Of a stretch of DNA of 64,000 nucleotides, positions 8,800-18,744 are shown piece after piece. Numbering within the stretch: position 1 is the stretch's first letter; every line of letters starts with the position of its first letter. The translations under genes were made by a program, and so were the position numbers. The stretch is from a virus. Location: IMG/VR virus record IMGVR_UViG_3300037193_001286, positions 9,859-73,858 of that record. One strand, given 5' to 3'. The notes under the pieces are model-generated. The model did not search any database. It saw only the letters and a list, made by a program, of their open reading frames with translations, and was not told where the DNA came from.

Positions 8800-11717
8800 T
8801 ACGCAGGAACCCTCCGCAATAAACCGCCCGGCCGCGACTCGCGGACTATTTCGGCTTGGATCAGCTTCTGAATGTTGGCACCGAATTGCCGCGCGCTGTC
8901 GTTGTCGGCGGCGACCGATCCGGAGCGCGACATGTCGATGGAAATGTTGCCGAGCGAGGTGGATGAATTGTCGATGTAAGCGCCGCCAGTCTTGCCGACC
9001 ATGTTGCGCGGGATGACTGCCTCGCCAGCCTGTAGGATCGCCGGATACTCATTCGGCAGGAGGCCGTTGTGCAGACGCGGCGCGTTGGCAAACAGCGCTG
9101 GTGACACGCGCCGCCTCGGTCCGCTCCATGCCGGTCCAACGATGCCGCCGCCGTGCATGGTCGGAGCTGCCGGGAATGGAAGGCCGGGAATAATCCCGCC
9201 GCCGCCGAACATCCCGCCCAAGACGCCGCCAAGCGCGTTCTTGGCGAACAGCGCCTCGATCGCCATGTTGATCAGGCCGTCGATGACGCGATCCAGCATG
9301 TTCCTGAAGGCATCACCCGCCGAAACGCCATTGCGCAAATCATTGACGAAGCCGGAGACCGCTGTCTGCGCCGTCTGGATGATCTGTTGATTGTACCGCT
9401 CTTGTTCAGCCGACAGCTGCTTCTGGGATCGCTGGAAGGCGTCCATTTGAGCCTTCGCAGTGGCAATTGCTGTCGTCTGTTGCAGAATGGCCTGGCTTTG
9501 CGCGGTGGTGACGGTCGCCCCCTGAGTGCGCAGTTGCTGCTCGATCCTCAGAGCTTCATTGGCGGCTTCTTGAGACACCTTGTTTTGATCGATGGCGACG
9601 CTTGACGCACCGAGCTGCACTACTTGTTGCGACAGCAGCGCGCTTTCCTCGCGCAGAGATTGAATGCGCGCCTCGAAACTTTCCGCCTGTTTAGACGCCT
9701 CCTGCATCCCCTTGATGCGGCCGTATTCGTCAGCCTGTCTCTTGAGTTCGGCAGTCTCGGCAGCTGTCAGCGTCCGCCCTTCTTCCGCCGCCTTCTTCGT
9801 CGCTTCGCGGCTGAGTTCGGCGAACTTCAGAGCTGCTTCTTCCTTGGCGACCTTCTGATCGATCCCGGCGTTGATCTCGCCGCGAATGGTCGCTTGTTCC
9901 CGGAGCGCCGAGTTCTCTTCGGCGATGTCGGACGCGCCTACAGTGGCCGCTGCGCCAGAGACCTTCTGCTGAAAAGCAGCAATCGTTTCAGCGACGGTGC
10001 GACCGCCGATCAAAGTCGGATTGAGTTCCGCTACGCGCCCGCCGAGGACATCGGCCGCACGCGCGTTGGGATTGGCCGACAGGAGTTTTGTCGCACCCCC
10101 TGGTCCAAGCACATGCGCCATGTAGCGCGATACATTGTTGAGGGCGACGCCATGCTTGGTGAGGATGGCGTCGTTCTGGCGAGTGAACTCGTCGAAGGCC
10201 GCTTTCTGAACGGCGACGTTGTTCTTTTGCGCCCTGATCTGCTCTGTCGTCAGCCCTGCGAATTGAGGCAGCGATTTCAGATACGGGATCAACCCCTCAA
10301 AGGTCTTGTTGATGAACTGAAAGAGGCCGCTTGCCGATGAGTTCGGATTCTGCGCGTTTGGTCTGCCGCCAGATTCAAGCTTGGAGACGATTTTCGCGTA
10401 GTCATCAAGACCGCCGACCGCGAGGTTGGCGAAATCCATTGCCGCCTGTGTGCCGATCTCTTGCAGCGCGTTGGCTTTGGCGAGGTTGGCGGCATAGATT
10501 TCCGCCTGGCCGTTGGCGTTCGCCAGCGCGAGCCTGTGCTGTTCCAGCACTTGCTGCACCTTGTCCAGCGCTGGCTTGCCGATCTTCTCTATCGCCTCGA
10601 CAGCCTTGTTGTATTCCTTCTGCGCGTCTTCCGCCCGCTTCGCCTTTTCGGCCGAACCATCAAGTCCCTTTGTTAATTGGTTCGTCGCTTTCTCGTTCTT
10701 GACGATCTCGGCGATCAGCGTGCGCATGTTCCCGATGACGTCACGGACGTCCGGACCGGCCGTGAGGAAGGCCTTCGCCAGCGCCTCGTCGAGTTCCACG
10801 AAGCTTACCGCGCCCTTGTCGGCTTGCTCGACCATCGCCTGCAGTTCGGGCGACAGGGCGCTGAACTCTTCGGCTATTCTTGCGACGCCGATGGCGGCTT
10901 GACCGGCCGCCGTTTTCAGGCCATCCCATTCCTCGCGTATCGCCTTGATGGCGGCGGAATCGTTAGCTTCGACGGCGGCCCTCATCTTCTGGGTAAGTTC
11001 TTGGACCTTCGCCAGAGCCGCCCGGCTGGCGTTCGGATCGAACTCCATTGACGTTTCGAAGACCTGGGTGCGGAACCCTTCTCTCAGCTTTTGATATGCA
11101 TCCCGCTGGGCCAATGCATTGGCGTCGGCGACCGCCTTGCTCGTTTCCCCGAATTCCGTCAGCCCATCCATCGCATCGCCGTAGGCCTCTTTAAGACCTG
11201 AGATGACTTCGGAATGCCGCTTCCACATCTCATCCGCTTTTTCTGCTTCATTTGACGAGCTGCTGACGTATTCAATTGCCGCCTGCGTGAGGTAACCGAA
11301 GCCGAGAATGAGACCGGAGATTGCCAGCGACGCTGGACTTAGCAGCGAGCCAAATGCGCTCATGAGGCCTTTCAAGAGGCCACCCTTGCCCAGCTCGCCG
11401 ACCGCCTGCTGTACCTGCCCCGCCTGCTGGACCATGATCGTGAATGGTGAGGTGCCGGATAGCAGCCCTTGAGTGATATCGTTCAGTTGGAAGGACAGGT
11501 TACGCACGCCCTGTTGCGCTTGTTTCGCTCCTTTCTCGACCGACCTGCCGATGTTGTTCATCTGCTGATCGACCTCGCGGCCAGCGCCAGTGAAGCCCTT
11601 CTCAATGCTGTCGGTGGTCTGCTTCGTCAGAACGCCAGCACGCTTGAGGGTGTTTTCGAGGCTTTTGATATTCGCCTCAATTTGCAGGACCAGTCTGGTT
11701 TCTTCAGGCGTTGCCAT
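8799..11717 (-). CDS. Tape measure protein with an internal lytic-transglycosylase-like domain
   Basis: 972 aa, helical; NLSFQLNDI..G...G.SPF TMP motif; ESGG.PNAQNPNSSASGLFQF lysozyme-like motif; E.PAILQ.GE.V.P C-terminus. Confidence 0.92.
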   Translation of the reverse strand: MATPEETRLVLQIEANIKSLENTLKRAGVLTKQTTDSIEKGFTGAGREVDQQMNNIGRSVEKGAKQAQQGVRNLSFQLNDITQGLLSGTSPFTIMVQQAGQVQQAVGELGKGGLLKGLMSAFGSLLSPASLAISGLILGFGYLTQAAIEYVSSSSNEAEKADEMWKRHSEVISGLKEAYGDAMDGLTEFGETSKAVADANALAQRDAYQKLREGFRTQVFETSMEFDPNASRAALAKVQELTQKMRAAVEANDSAAIKAIREEWDGLKTAAGQAAIGVARIAEEFSALSPELQAMVEQADKGAVSFVELDEALAKAFLTAGPDVRDVIGNMRTLIAEIVKNEKATNQLTKGLDGSAEKAKRAEDAQKEYNKAVEAIEKIGKPALDKVQQVLEQHRLALANANGQAEIYAANLAKANALQEIGTQAAMDFANLAVGGLDDYAKIVSKLESGGRPNAQNPNSSASGLFQFINKTFEGLIPYLKSLPQFAGLTTEQIRAQKNNVAVQKAAFDEFTRQNDAILTKHGVALNNVSRYMAHVLGPGGATKLLSANPNARAADVLGGRVAELNPTLIGGRTVAETIAAFQQKVSGAAATVGASDIAEENSALREQATIRGEINAGIDQKVAKEEAALKFAELSREATKKAAEEGRTLTAAETAELKRQADEYGRIKGMQEASKQAESFEARIQSLREESALLSQQVVQLGASSVAIDQNKVSQEAANEALRIEQQLRTQGATVTTAQSQAILQQTTAIATAKAQMDAFQRSQKQLSAEQERYNQQIIQTAQTAVSGFVNDLRNGVSAGDAFRNMLDRVIDGLINMAIEALFAKNALGGVLGGMFGGGGIIPGLPFPAAPTMHGGGIVGPAWSGPRRRVSPALFANAPRLHNGLLPNEYPAILQAGEAVIPRNMVGKTGGAYIDNSSTSLGNISIDMSRSGSVAADNDSARQFGANIQKLIQAEIVRESRPGGLLRRVPA

Positions 11718-11720
11718 GGG

Positions 11721-11939
11721 CTACTGCATCCTCGTCAGCGGAACTGGTTGCTGCTGTTGCATCCATTCCCAGATTTCATCCGCTTCCTTCGATCCCAACG
11801 ATCCAGACGAGTCCTCGCTTGAGTTCGCCTTGATCCAACCTTCGACCGCTGCCATGAATTCCCACATCGACAGCCGGTCCACGTCGCGAGGCGTCAGCCC
11901 GACGACAGCTCCGGTTCCGTAAATCGCGGCAAATCTCAA
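11721..11939 (-). CDS. Tail assembly chaperone, downstream (T) part, probably made by -1 frameshift
   Basis: G.TP.DVD..S.WEF.AA..G motif; -1 frame relative to 11936-12340 and open back to G GGG GAG at 12005-11999. Confidence 0.75.
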   Translation of the reverse strand: MRFAAIYGTGAVVGLTPRDVDRLSMWEFMAAVEGWIKANSSEDSSGSLGSKEADEIWEWMQQQQPVPLTRMQ

Positions 11940-12340
11940 TTTACCGTTGGGGAGATCGTCGAGTCGGTCTCCCCGCTTGGTGGACTTGCCGCTTCGCTCT
12001 CCCCCAAGCCTTCCTCCGGAGCGCCGATGAGACCGGCCCCAAGGACACGCTTGGCGAGCGCCATGTTTTCCATGGGCGGCCGTTCCTCGACGTACATCTG
12101 GACGAGCTTGACGGCTCTGGCCGGGGCCATGCCGCCACCGATCAGTCCGCAGCGGATGATTTCCCGGATGTCCTCAACCCGCCACGCGCCGGACTCCAGA
12201 AGCCCGAAGATGAACAGCGGTCCCATGTCGCGGGATTCCTGCAACATCCGGATCGCCCCGTAGTTCATGCAGAAGTCGTAGGTGCCATCGGCGAATTCGG
12301 CCGTGAACCGGGCGTTGCGAATTGCGTTCTCAGCCATCAC
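11936..12340 (-). CDS. Tail assembly chaperone (GTA gp10-like, G part)
   Basis: DIREIIR.GLIGGGM.P..A..LV..YV motif; lies between the tail tube and TMP genes. Confidence 0.8.
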   Translation of the reverse strand: MMAENAIRNARFTAEFADGTYDFCMNYGAIRMLQESRDMGPLFIFGLLESGAWRVEDIREIIRCGLIGGGMAPARAVKLVQMYVEERPPMENMALAKRVLGAGLIGAPEEGLGESEAASPPSGETDSTISPTVN

Positions 12341-12345
12341 TCACC

Positions 12346-13044
12346 TCACGCCGGGGTCCAGACGTCGGCGATCTGGCCGTCCGATTGAGCGTTGAAGCCG
12401 AGCGTGACGCGACCACCCTGCTCCGCACCGAACGTCAGCTGGTCGACGATGAAGTCGCCAGTGAACGTCTTCATGCCGGTGGTGAACTCGATCTCGACCT
12501 TGAGCGGGATTGAGAAGGTCGAGATTGCAGCGTCGTTCCAATCAGGCACGGACTCGGCTGCGGCAACGCCGTCGCCGGATACAGTGATCGACAGGTTCTG
12601 AACGTCGCGGGCGATCCACGATGGAGCGTCCGGATCGTCGCAATCGGGAATATCGATCTCTTGCAGGTTCTTGGAGATTTGCAGGTTCTTGGTGGTAAGA
12701 CCGCACGGCGAAGAATAGGTGATCGTGCCGCTTGGGTCAGTCACGCCCGCTACGCCGGTCGTCTGCGCTGACGGTGCGGCGGAAAGATCGACGCCGATGG
12801 TGAACGTGTTGTTGGTCGTGTTGACGTTGGAAACCATCCGTCTGCCGTTGGCCACGGCCATGGCACCCGTCAGGCCGGAAATCTCGACCGTGTCGCCGTT
12901 GTGGAATTTGGAGATATCGGCGCTGGCGACCGTGGCGACCGCTGGATTGGCGTTCGACACGCTTGTCAGATTGACCGCCACTTCCGGATAGGAACCGAGC
13001 AGGACTCGCATCTTGCCGAATTTTGCTGTGGTAGGCTGTGCCAT
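12346..13044 (-). CDS. Major tail tube protein with an inserted beta-sandwich domain
   Basis: PCGLT.K, IPDCDDPD.P.W and S.T.SG.GV tube motifs; insert SNANPAV...GDTVEISG. Confidence 0.88.
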   Translation of the reverse strand: MAQPTTAKFGKMRVLLGSYPEVAVNLTSVSNANPAVATVASADISKFHNGDTVEISGLTGAMAVANGRRMVSNVNTTNNTFTIGVDLSAAPSAQTTGVAGVTDPSGTITYSSPCGLTTKNLQISKNLQEIDIPDCDDPDAPSWIARDVQNLSITVSGDGVAAAESVPDWNDAAISTFSIPLKVEIEFTTGMKTFTGDFIVDQLTFGAEQGGRVTLGFNAQSDGQIADVWTPA

Positions 13045-13161
13045 GGATGAGGCTCCTTCAGAACGCCGCGTAAGTCGGCCGTTACGGGGATGGGGCGTCT
13101 CCGACGCTCCTTAAGGCCTTGCCCAAGGGCCGTTACGGGCAGGAAGGTTAGGCCCTCCAAA

Positions 13162-13572
13162 CTATGGTCTGCGCTCGATGAACGCGTTGAGATCGACGAC
13201 ACCGTGGCTCGTGAGGCCGTCTGGATCGCGCAGCACGCGGATGCCACGACACTGGATCATCACCAGAGCGTTTTCGGTGAGCTGAATGTCGCGCTCATGC
13301 ACGGCATTCCGGACTGCGTTGCAAATGCGCTTCGCTTCCGGGAAGCCGACCGCGCGCGACCAAACGTCCAGCTGGAAACTGATGTCGGAACCGAAAATGC
13401 AGTCGGCATCGTCCTCGACGTCGAAGGTCGGTCCGCAAGAGATGTAAGGGAAAACCACGTTTTCCGGGACGCGATCATAGGCGCGTCTATCGACGAGCTG
13501 GACCAATTCCGGGTCGTTTCTCAGCACGTCCACGACAACACCCTGTAACTCCAGATCAGGAGAGATCGCCAT
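13162..13572 (-). CDS. Tail completion/terminator protein (DUF3168-like)
   Basis: YDRVP...FPYI, Q.DVWSR and RDPDG.T.HG motifs. Confidence 0.85.
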   Translation of the reverse strand: MAISPDLELQGVVVDVLRNDPELVQLVDRRAYDRVPENVVFPYISCGPTFDVEDDADCIFGSDISFQLDVWSRAVGFPEAKRICNAVRNAVHERDIQLTENALVMIQCRGIRVLRDPDGLTSHGVVDLNAFIERRP

Positions 13573-14105
13573 TAAGCCGCCTCCCCTTTCTGTACGCCCT
13601 GGTTCTTAAGCGCCTTCTGAACGGCAACCCTCATAGCGCGCGAGATGCGACGTTCCATATTCTTCCGCTCTGAGCGGTAGGTCGGGAAGATGTGCGGCTG
13701 CGCCGGCGAGCCTGGATGAGTGACCTCAATCGCCGATCTCAGCTGCCCGTCACGGCCACGGAAGACGAGGCGGGGCGCGTTCTTTGCGCGGATCGTGTGC
13801 GGCAGGGTGCCGAATTCAATGAAGTGCCAAGTCCACAAGGCGAAGATACCGACAGCGTTTGGATCGGTGGTCTTCCGAATGCCGCCTACCAACTTGGAAT
13901 CTGGTCGATCCGCCAGCCGCGCTGCATGAATGGATTGGCGATACTTGCCGGTAGCACCGACCGGCGCTCTGGTCTGGATCTTCTCAGCCAGCTCGCGCCC
14001 AACCTTCATCTGCATGCCCGCAATCGCGGTGACGACGTTTGGCTCGATCTGCGCCATCCGCTTCAGGAGATCGTTGCGGCCGTTGAACTTAGCTTTCAGC
14101 GCCAT
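13572..14105 (-). CDS. HK97 gp10-like tail component
   Basis: APV..TG....SI, HFIEFGT and PAQP.IFP motifs; start re-assigned to ATG 14105. Confidence 0.85.
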   Translation of the reverse strand: MALKAKFNGRNDLLKRMAQIEPNVVTAIAGMQMKVGRELAEKIQTRAPVGATGKYRQSIHAARLADRPDSKLVGGIRKTTDPNAVGIFALWTWHFIEFGTLPHTIRAKNAPRLVFRGRDGQLRSAIEVTHPGSPAQPHIFPTYRSERKNMERRISRAMRVAVQKALKNQGVQKGEAA

Positions 14106-14277
14106 CTTCGCTTGCCTTCGCCTTTCTGGCCGGTGCCTTTGCTTCTTCGGCGGCACCTGCGGCGATTGCCGCTTCACCAGCGGCGCGCGTCACGTTCTCC
14201 TGCCGACCGGCGCGATAGGTGATGGTCACCTGCGCTGTCGGCTTCCAGTCGAAGTCGCGATTGAAGGTAACCCACAT
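14089..14277 (-). CDS. Small virion-associated hypothetical protein
   Basis: WV.F.RDFDW.P...V...Y.AG motif common in Rhizobiales neck modules. Confidence 0.55.
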   Translation of the reverse strand: MWVTFNRDFDWKPTAQVTITYRAGRQENVTRAAGEAAIAAGAAEEAKAPARKAKASEDGAES

Positions 14278-14287
14278 GACACTGTCC

Positions 14288-14638
14288 TCACGTTGCAACG
14301 TTGGATTCGATCATCATTTCGAAGATCGCTTGGGTTCTGTCCTGATGGATTTCGCGGATATTGAAGACCGTGCCGCGCCGAACGTCAGTGACCTGCCAGT
14401 CCGGAGTGACCTGTTCAGTCTGGTCCGAAGCCCAGACCTGCATCAAGACGACGCTCTTACTGTCCAGCCGTGCGGCCATGACGGTTTCGCTGCCCCTGAG
14501 ATGAGTGAACTTGGCCGGTTCGCGAAACCGCTCGATCCAGTCACCGGCAACTTCATTGCCGTAACCATCGTCCAGCATCTCGCGAGAGGAGAAGGCGACC
14601 AAGTCCTTCATCTGGCCAGCGCCGAACTTCTGCGGCAT
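14288..14638 (-). CDS. Head closure / head-tail adaptor protein
   Basis: DDGYGN...W, LRGSE.V.AARL and FNIREI motifs. Confidence 0.85.
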   Translation of the reverse strand: MPQKFGAGQMKDLVAFSSREMLDDGYGNEVAGDWIERFREPAKFTHLRGSETVMAARLDSKSVVLMQVWASDQTEQVTPDWQVTDVRRGTVFNIREIHQDRTQAIFEMMIESNVAT

Positions 14639-14735
14639 GGCGAATCCTCATACGGAAAACCCCGGCTGGCGGCCGGGGCGTTCTCGAAACCTATTTTTCA
14701 GGAGTACCGTATTGTTGACTCAGACGTGCGCACAG

Positions 14736-15182
14736 TCAACGCTCTTTGTCGATCAGGAGCGCAATTTCCGTCAGGTGAATCTTCAGCATATCGACAGCGG
14801 TATCACGCTCGCGGCGCGTCTTGTAGAGATCGCGGATATGAAATCCGTCACCGCAGACCTTTGAGAGAAGCTGGAAACCGTGGACCCCGACCACCGTCCG
14901 GTAGCGCGCCAATTCCTTCTTCGCGGTATCCCTTGCCGCTACACGGTCGGACGTTCTTGGCGCGTTATCGACGCGTTCGAACATCATCGCCGGGCGTGAC
15001 ACATCGACGAACCGTTCCCAGAGATCGCGGAAGCGAAGCGCTGCGGCAACCTGCGCCGCGTCAAGAAGGCCGTGGCTGGCCAGCGAGACGATCGATGACT
15101 CCCGCATCGCGACAACGGGCGCTTTCTCCCTTTGTTGGGGGTAGTCCGTCGTCTGCGGTTTTGGGTTTCGAAGCGCCATCAA
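14736..15182 (-). CDS. Hypothetical protein, DUF6456-like
   Basis: L...G.L...Q..AA.RFR.LWE motif; GAAAACCCCGGC..GCCGGGGCGTTC hairpin follows at about 14655-14685. Confidence 0.5.
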   Translation of the reverse strand: MMALRNPKPQTTDYPQQREKAPVVAMRESSIVSLASHGLLDAAQVAAALRFRDLWERFVDVSRPAMMFERVDNAPRTSDRVAARDTAKKELARYRTVVGVHGFQLLSKVCGDGFHIRDLYKTRRERDTAVDMLKIHLTEIALLIDKER

Positions 15183-15183
15183 T

Positions 15184-15729
15184 TCATGCCCTTGGTATCC
15201 AGTTGCCGAGAAGCAGGTCGTTCATCCATTGCGGCACCTGCTCTAGGCTGTAGGAAGCGATACTCTCGCGGTTCTCATAGAAGTATGCGGTGAGCCTCAG
15301 CGTAATATCGGTCACCGATGGCGGAAGGTTGGCCATGCTCGCAAAGCCCGCGATCAGCGTCACCTTTAGACCGGCCGGGATCGCCGCTTTGTCGAGCCGT
15401 TCGAAGTACCACCGCAAGGTCTCATGATTGGCGTAGATTCGGTACTGCGCGGTGACGTCGCTACCAAGGCTGTCCAATGCCGTCATGCCGTCAATCGGCT
15501 GGACTGGCGTCGGCAGCAACACCTTTCCGTTGGGTGGCGTCCATTCGACGGTCCTTGTGAAGACGAACCATCCGGCGTGTCTTTCGAACAGGTCGATGGC
15601 ACGCGACAAGCAGAGCCTGATGTACTCGTCATCATCGTCGAATGTCACGCGCAGATGCGACTTGGCGATAGACAGCATATTCGCTGGGAGTGTCGCCCGG
15701 TCCACGCCGATGATCAGCCAATCGCTCAT
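15184..15729 (-). CDS. Head-tail connector (gp6-like)
   Basis: AKSHLRV..DDDDEYI and .AYFYENRE motifs. Confidence 0.88.
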   Translation of the reverse strand: MSDWLIIGVDRATLPANMLSIAKSHLRVTFDDDDEYIRLCLSRAIDLFERHAGWFVFTRTVEWTPPNGKVLLPTPVQPIDGMTALDSLGSDVTAQYRIYANHETLRWYFERLDKAAIPAGLKVTLIAGFASMANLPPSVTDITLRLTAYFYENRESIASYSLEQVPQWMNDLLLGNWIPRA

Positions 15730-15733
15730 TGGA

Positions 15734-17263
15734 TCAAGCCCCTATGCTGTCAACTGTCGTCGGAATGTCGATTGCCACCCATGCGCCATTCTGTCGGACA
15801 TACATCTTTCCATCGCTGGGAGCGTCGCCAATCTTGCTGGCGATCCCGGCGTCATACGTTGTTTTGAGGACCGTTTCGGCCCATGCCAAGCTTCGACGGG
15901 CGTAAGCTTTCCCGTCGTTTGGCGCTTCGCTGGTTTTGCTGGCAATGCCCGCGTCGTAGGTGGCCTTTGTTACGGTCGCAACCCACGCCGCGCCCTGCCG
16001 TCCATAGATATTCGTGTCGTTCGGCGCATCACCGATCTTGCTGGCGATACCCGCATCGTAAGTCGCCTTTGTGACAGTCGTAACCCATGCCCCGCCCTGA
16101 CGCCCATAGATGTTTGTATCGTTGGGAGCGTCGCCGATTTTGCTCGCGATCCCAGCGTCATAGGTGGTCTTCAGGACCGTTTCGGCCCATGCAAGGCTGC
16201 GGCGCGCATAGGCTTTACCGTCGTTCGGTGCCTCGCTCGTCTTGCCGTTGATTGAGGTTTGCAGGGACGCGACGGCGGCATCGTGCGTCGCTTTCGTGAC
16301 CGTCACGATCCACGCCGCGTTTTGCCGCGCATAGGGGTTACCATCAGTTGGTGCGTCTTCCGGAATACCATCGGCACCTGCCGGGCCTTGCGGCCCCTCT
16401 GGCCCTTGTGGTCCGGTTAAGCCTTGTGGCCCTTCCGGTCCCGCTGGTCCGATTGGCCCAATTTCGCCCTGCGGTCCGGCCGGACCTTGCGGACCGATCA
16501 AGCCTTGCGGCCCCGGCTCACCCTGCGGTCCAGCCGGTCCAGTTAAACCTATCGGCCCTTGCGGCCCTTCTGGCCCCATGATGCTTCTGCCGGTATCGGT
16601 CCACTGCGTGCCGTTCCACTGCCAGAGTTGGCCATTCAAGCGATTGAGCCATGTATCGCCGAACTCCATTCCGGTCTGGACGGGATCGCCCTCGCCGGAA
16701 TACATCGAAACGCCGTCAACGCCAGCGGGACCAGCTGGCCCCTGCGGCCCGGCTGCACCTTCTGGTCCCGGTGGTCCCACTGGACCCTCCGGCCCAATCG
16801 GCCCGATTTCGCCCTGCGGCCCCTGCGGTCCCGGTTCACCCTGCGGCCCGGCTGGACCGGTTAAGCCTATCGGCCCTTGTGGCCCTTCCGGCCCAATTGG
16901 TCCAATCTCGCCCTGCGGTCCAGTTAATCCCTGCGGCCCTTGCGGCCCCTGCGGACCTTGAGGGCCTGGCGGACCGGGAACGCCGTCGCCACTGCCGCCG
17001 CCGCCACCACCGCCACTGCCGGTAACGTCGCTAAGTGGCACCCATTCGCCGTAACGGCGGGCGTAAGTTTCCCCACCATCCTCCGGCACGTCTTTTACCA
17101 GCGGAATTCGCTCACCACCGATCAGGAGCTGTTCCTGTTCTTCGTCGAAAACAAGTGTCTCGCTGCCCTTCAACCGACTGTCGCCTTCCCAGACGGCAAT
17201 CTGATCCTTCTTACCTGATCCGATCAGGGCTCGTTGGTGAAGGGTAAGCGGTTGATCGTTCAT
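15734..17263 (-). CDS. Collagen-like fibre protein with multiple fibritin foldon-like repeats
   Basis: Two (GPx)n blocks, GD.WLN..NG.L.QWNG.QW...G.I.G linker, six 34-aa [DE]AP.D...Y.R...W repeats and one N-terminal copy. Confidence 0.85.
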   Translation of the reverse strand: MNDQPLTLHQRALIGSGKKDQIAVWEGDSRLKGSETLVFDEEQEQLLIGGERIPLVKDVPEDGGETYARRYGEWVPLSDVTGSGGGGGGGSGDGVPGPPGPQGPQGPQGPQGLTGPQGEIGPIGPEGPQGPIGLTGPAGPQGEPGPQGPQGEIGPIGPEGPVGPPGPEGAAGPQGPAGPAGVDGVSMYSGEGDPVQTGMEFGDTWLNRLNGQLWQWNGTQWTDTGRSIMGPEGPQGPIGLTGPAGPQGEPGPQGLIGPQGPAGPQGEIGPIGPAGPEGPQGLTGPQGPEGPQGPAGADGIPEDAPTDGNPYARQNAAWIVTVTKATHDAAVASLQTSINGKTSEAPNDGKAYARRSLAWAETVLKTTYDAGIASKIGDAPNDTNIYGRQGGAWVTTVTKATYDAGIASKIGDAPNDTNIYGRQGAAWVATVTKATYDAGIASKTSEAPNDGKAYARRSLAWAETVLKTTYDAGIASKIGDAPSDGKMYVRQNGAWVAIDIPTTVDSIGA

Positions 17264-18744
17264 TCACCGCGTTCCTCGTGATAACGGTCGAAGAAGCCGC
17301 GCAAACTTACAGGCTGCCGACGCCCATCCTCGAATACGAAGATGATACCGAAATTATCAATGTCCTCGATCACCTTTTCGATACCAGGACCAGTTGGCCC
17401 TGCCGGGCCGCGCGGTCCGCGTTCGCCCTGCTTGCCGCGACTGCCTGCCTTGGCCGCAAGCATCCAGCCATCACCGGGCAGCGGTCCGGGATTGTTCCGC
17501 CGTGCCATCCAAAGCGATCCGTCCATCGCTACGAAGTCTCGCGCCCGGTAGTCGGCATCGGGATCATAGAGGCCACGCGCTTCGCCGGGGTAGGTATCCT
17601 CACCCTTGAGAGCGACTGGTGCCCAATCCTCATGCGGCGGTCGCTTCGCCGTCAGGCAGCGCGCCGCCCATGTCGAGCCATCGCAGTGAACAAGCACGCC
17701 TTTCTCGTAAGCCCCGCCTTCCTCCCATACGAGAGGAGGATCGAAGGTGCCGCGTTCACCTTTTTCACCGCGTTCGCCCTTTGGGCCGGGTGGCCCTGCT
17801 TCGCCGCGCAAACCGCGAGGACCGGTTTCGCCTTGCGGTCCGGGATCGCCGCGTTCGCCGCGCTCACCCCGCTCGCCTTGCGGTCCTGGTTCGCCTCTCT
17901 CTCCTCTTTCACCGGCTGGACCGGTTTCGCCGCGCTCGCCTTTTTCACCGCGCTCGCCGCGTTCACCGGGATCGCCCTTTTCCCCCTTCTCACCGGGATC
18001 GCCACGTTCACCGGGTTCACCGCGCTCACCCTTTTCGCCTTGTGGACCTTGCTCGCCGGGCGGACCTTGCTCGCCGTCCAGCCCAGCCGGGCCGGGTTCA
18101 CCTTGCGGCCCCTGTTCACCGGGATCACCTTTTTCACCTTTTTCGCCGGGTGGCCCCTGCTCGCCCTGCGGACCGGGTTCGCCATCCTTGCCAGCTGGAC
18201 CAGCCTCACCGGGTTCACCCTTCTCACCCGGTTCACCTTGCAAGCCCCGCTCGCCCTGCGGACCGGGTGGTCCTGCTTCACCGGGATCACCGCGCTCGCC
18301 GGGTTCGCCGCGCTCGCCTTGTGGCCCTTGCTCGCCGCGTTCGCCAGCCGGACCTGTTTCGCCCGGATCGCCGCGCTCGCCCTTCTCACCCTGCTTGCCT
18401 CTTTCGAGCGCAGTCACGACTGCCAGTTTCTCGCGGATGTCGAGTGATAGTTCGCGGAAGTTTTGACGTTGTGTGTCGTGCTCACTTTCCATGCACACGA
18501 CAACACGTTCCACCACGTCTGCGGTGATCTCCTCGATGAGGCCGTCAAGGCGCGTGCGCAGTTCGTCGGCGGTCCTGCCGGTTTCTTCTTCCCGCGCCAT
18601 GATCTGATCAGCGATCTCGCGGACTTCATCGATACGGGCGTTCAGCTCCTTTTCGGCTTCACCTATTGCGAGGCCGCATGCCCTGAGAATGTGATCCTGG
18701 TCAAGCCGCATCACGCGCCTCTTTTCTCGCGCCACGGATGGCAT
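17260..18744 (-). CDS. Collagen-like protein (N-terminal coiled coil, GXY domain, beta-rich C-terminus)
   Basis: About 220 aa of G-E-[RKPQ] triplets; Y..G..V...GS.W.A repeats; follows the portal gene. Confidence 0.85.
   Translation of the reverse strand: MPSVAREKRRVMRLDQDHILRACGLAIGEAEKELNARIDEVREIADQIMAREEETGRTADELRTRLDGLIEEITADVVERVVVCMESEHDTQRQNFRELSLDIREKLAVVTALERGKQGEKGERGDPGETGPAGERGEQGPQGERGEPGERGDPGEAGPPGPQGERGLQGEPGEKGEPGEAGPAGKDGEPGPQGEQGPPGEKGEKGDPGEQGPQGEPGPAGLDGEQGPPGEQGPQGEKGERGEPGERGDPGEKGEKGDPGERGERGEKGERGETGPAGERGERGEPGPQGERGERGERGDPGPQGETGPRGLRGEAGPPGPKGERGEKGERGTFDPPLVWEEGGAYEKGVLVHCDGSTWAARCLTAKRPPHEDWAPVALKGEDTYPGEARGLYDPDADYRARDFVAMDGSLWMARRNNPGPLPGDGWMLAAKAGSRGKQGERGPRGPAGPTGPGIEKVIEDIDNFGIIFVFEDGRRQPVSLRGFFDRYHEERGE

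Noticed and set aside
15760-16340. Diversity-generating retroelement TR/VR pair
   Set aside because: The repeats are in-frame protein repeats with mostly synonymous, not adenine-specific, changes, and no reverse transcriptase is present.
16578-18527. Long plus-strand and alternative-frame ORFs over the collagen genes
   Set aside because: These are shadow frames of GXY repeats.
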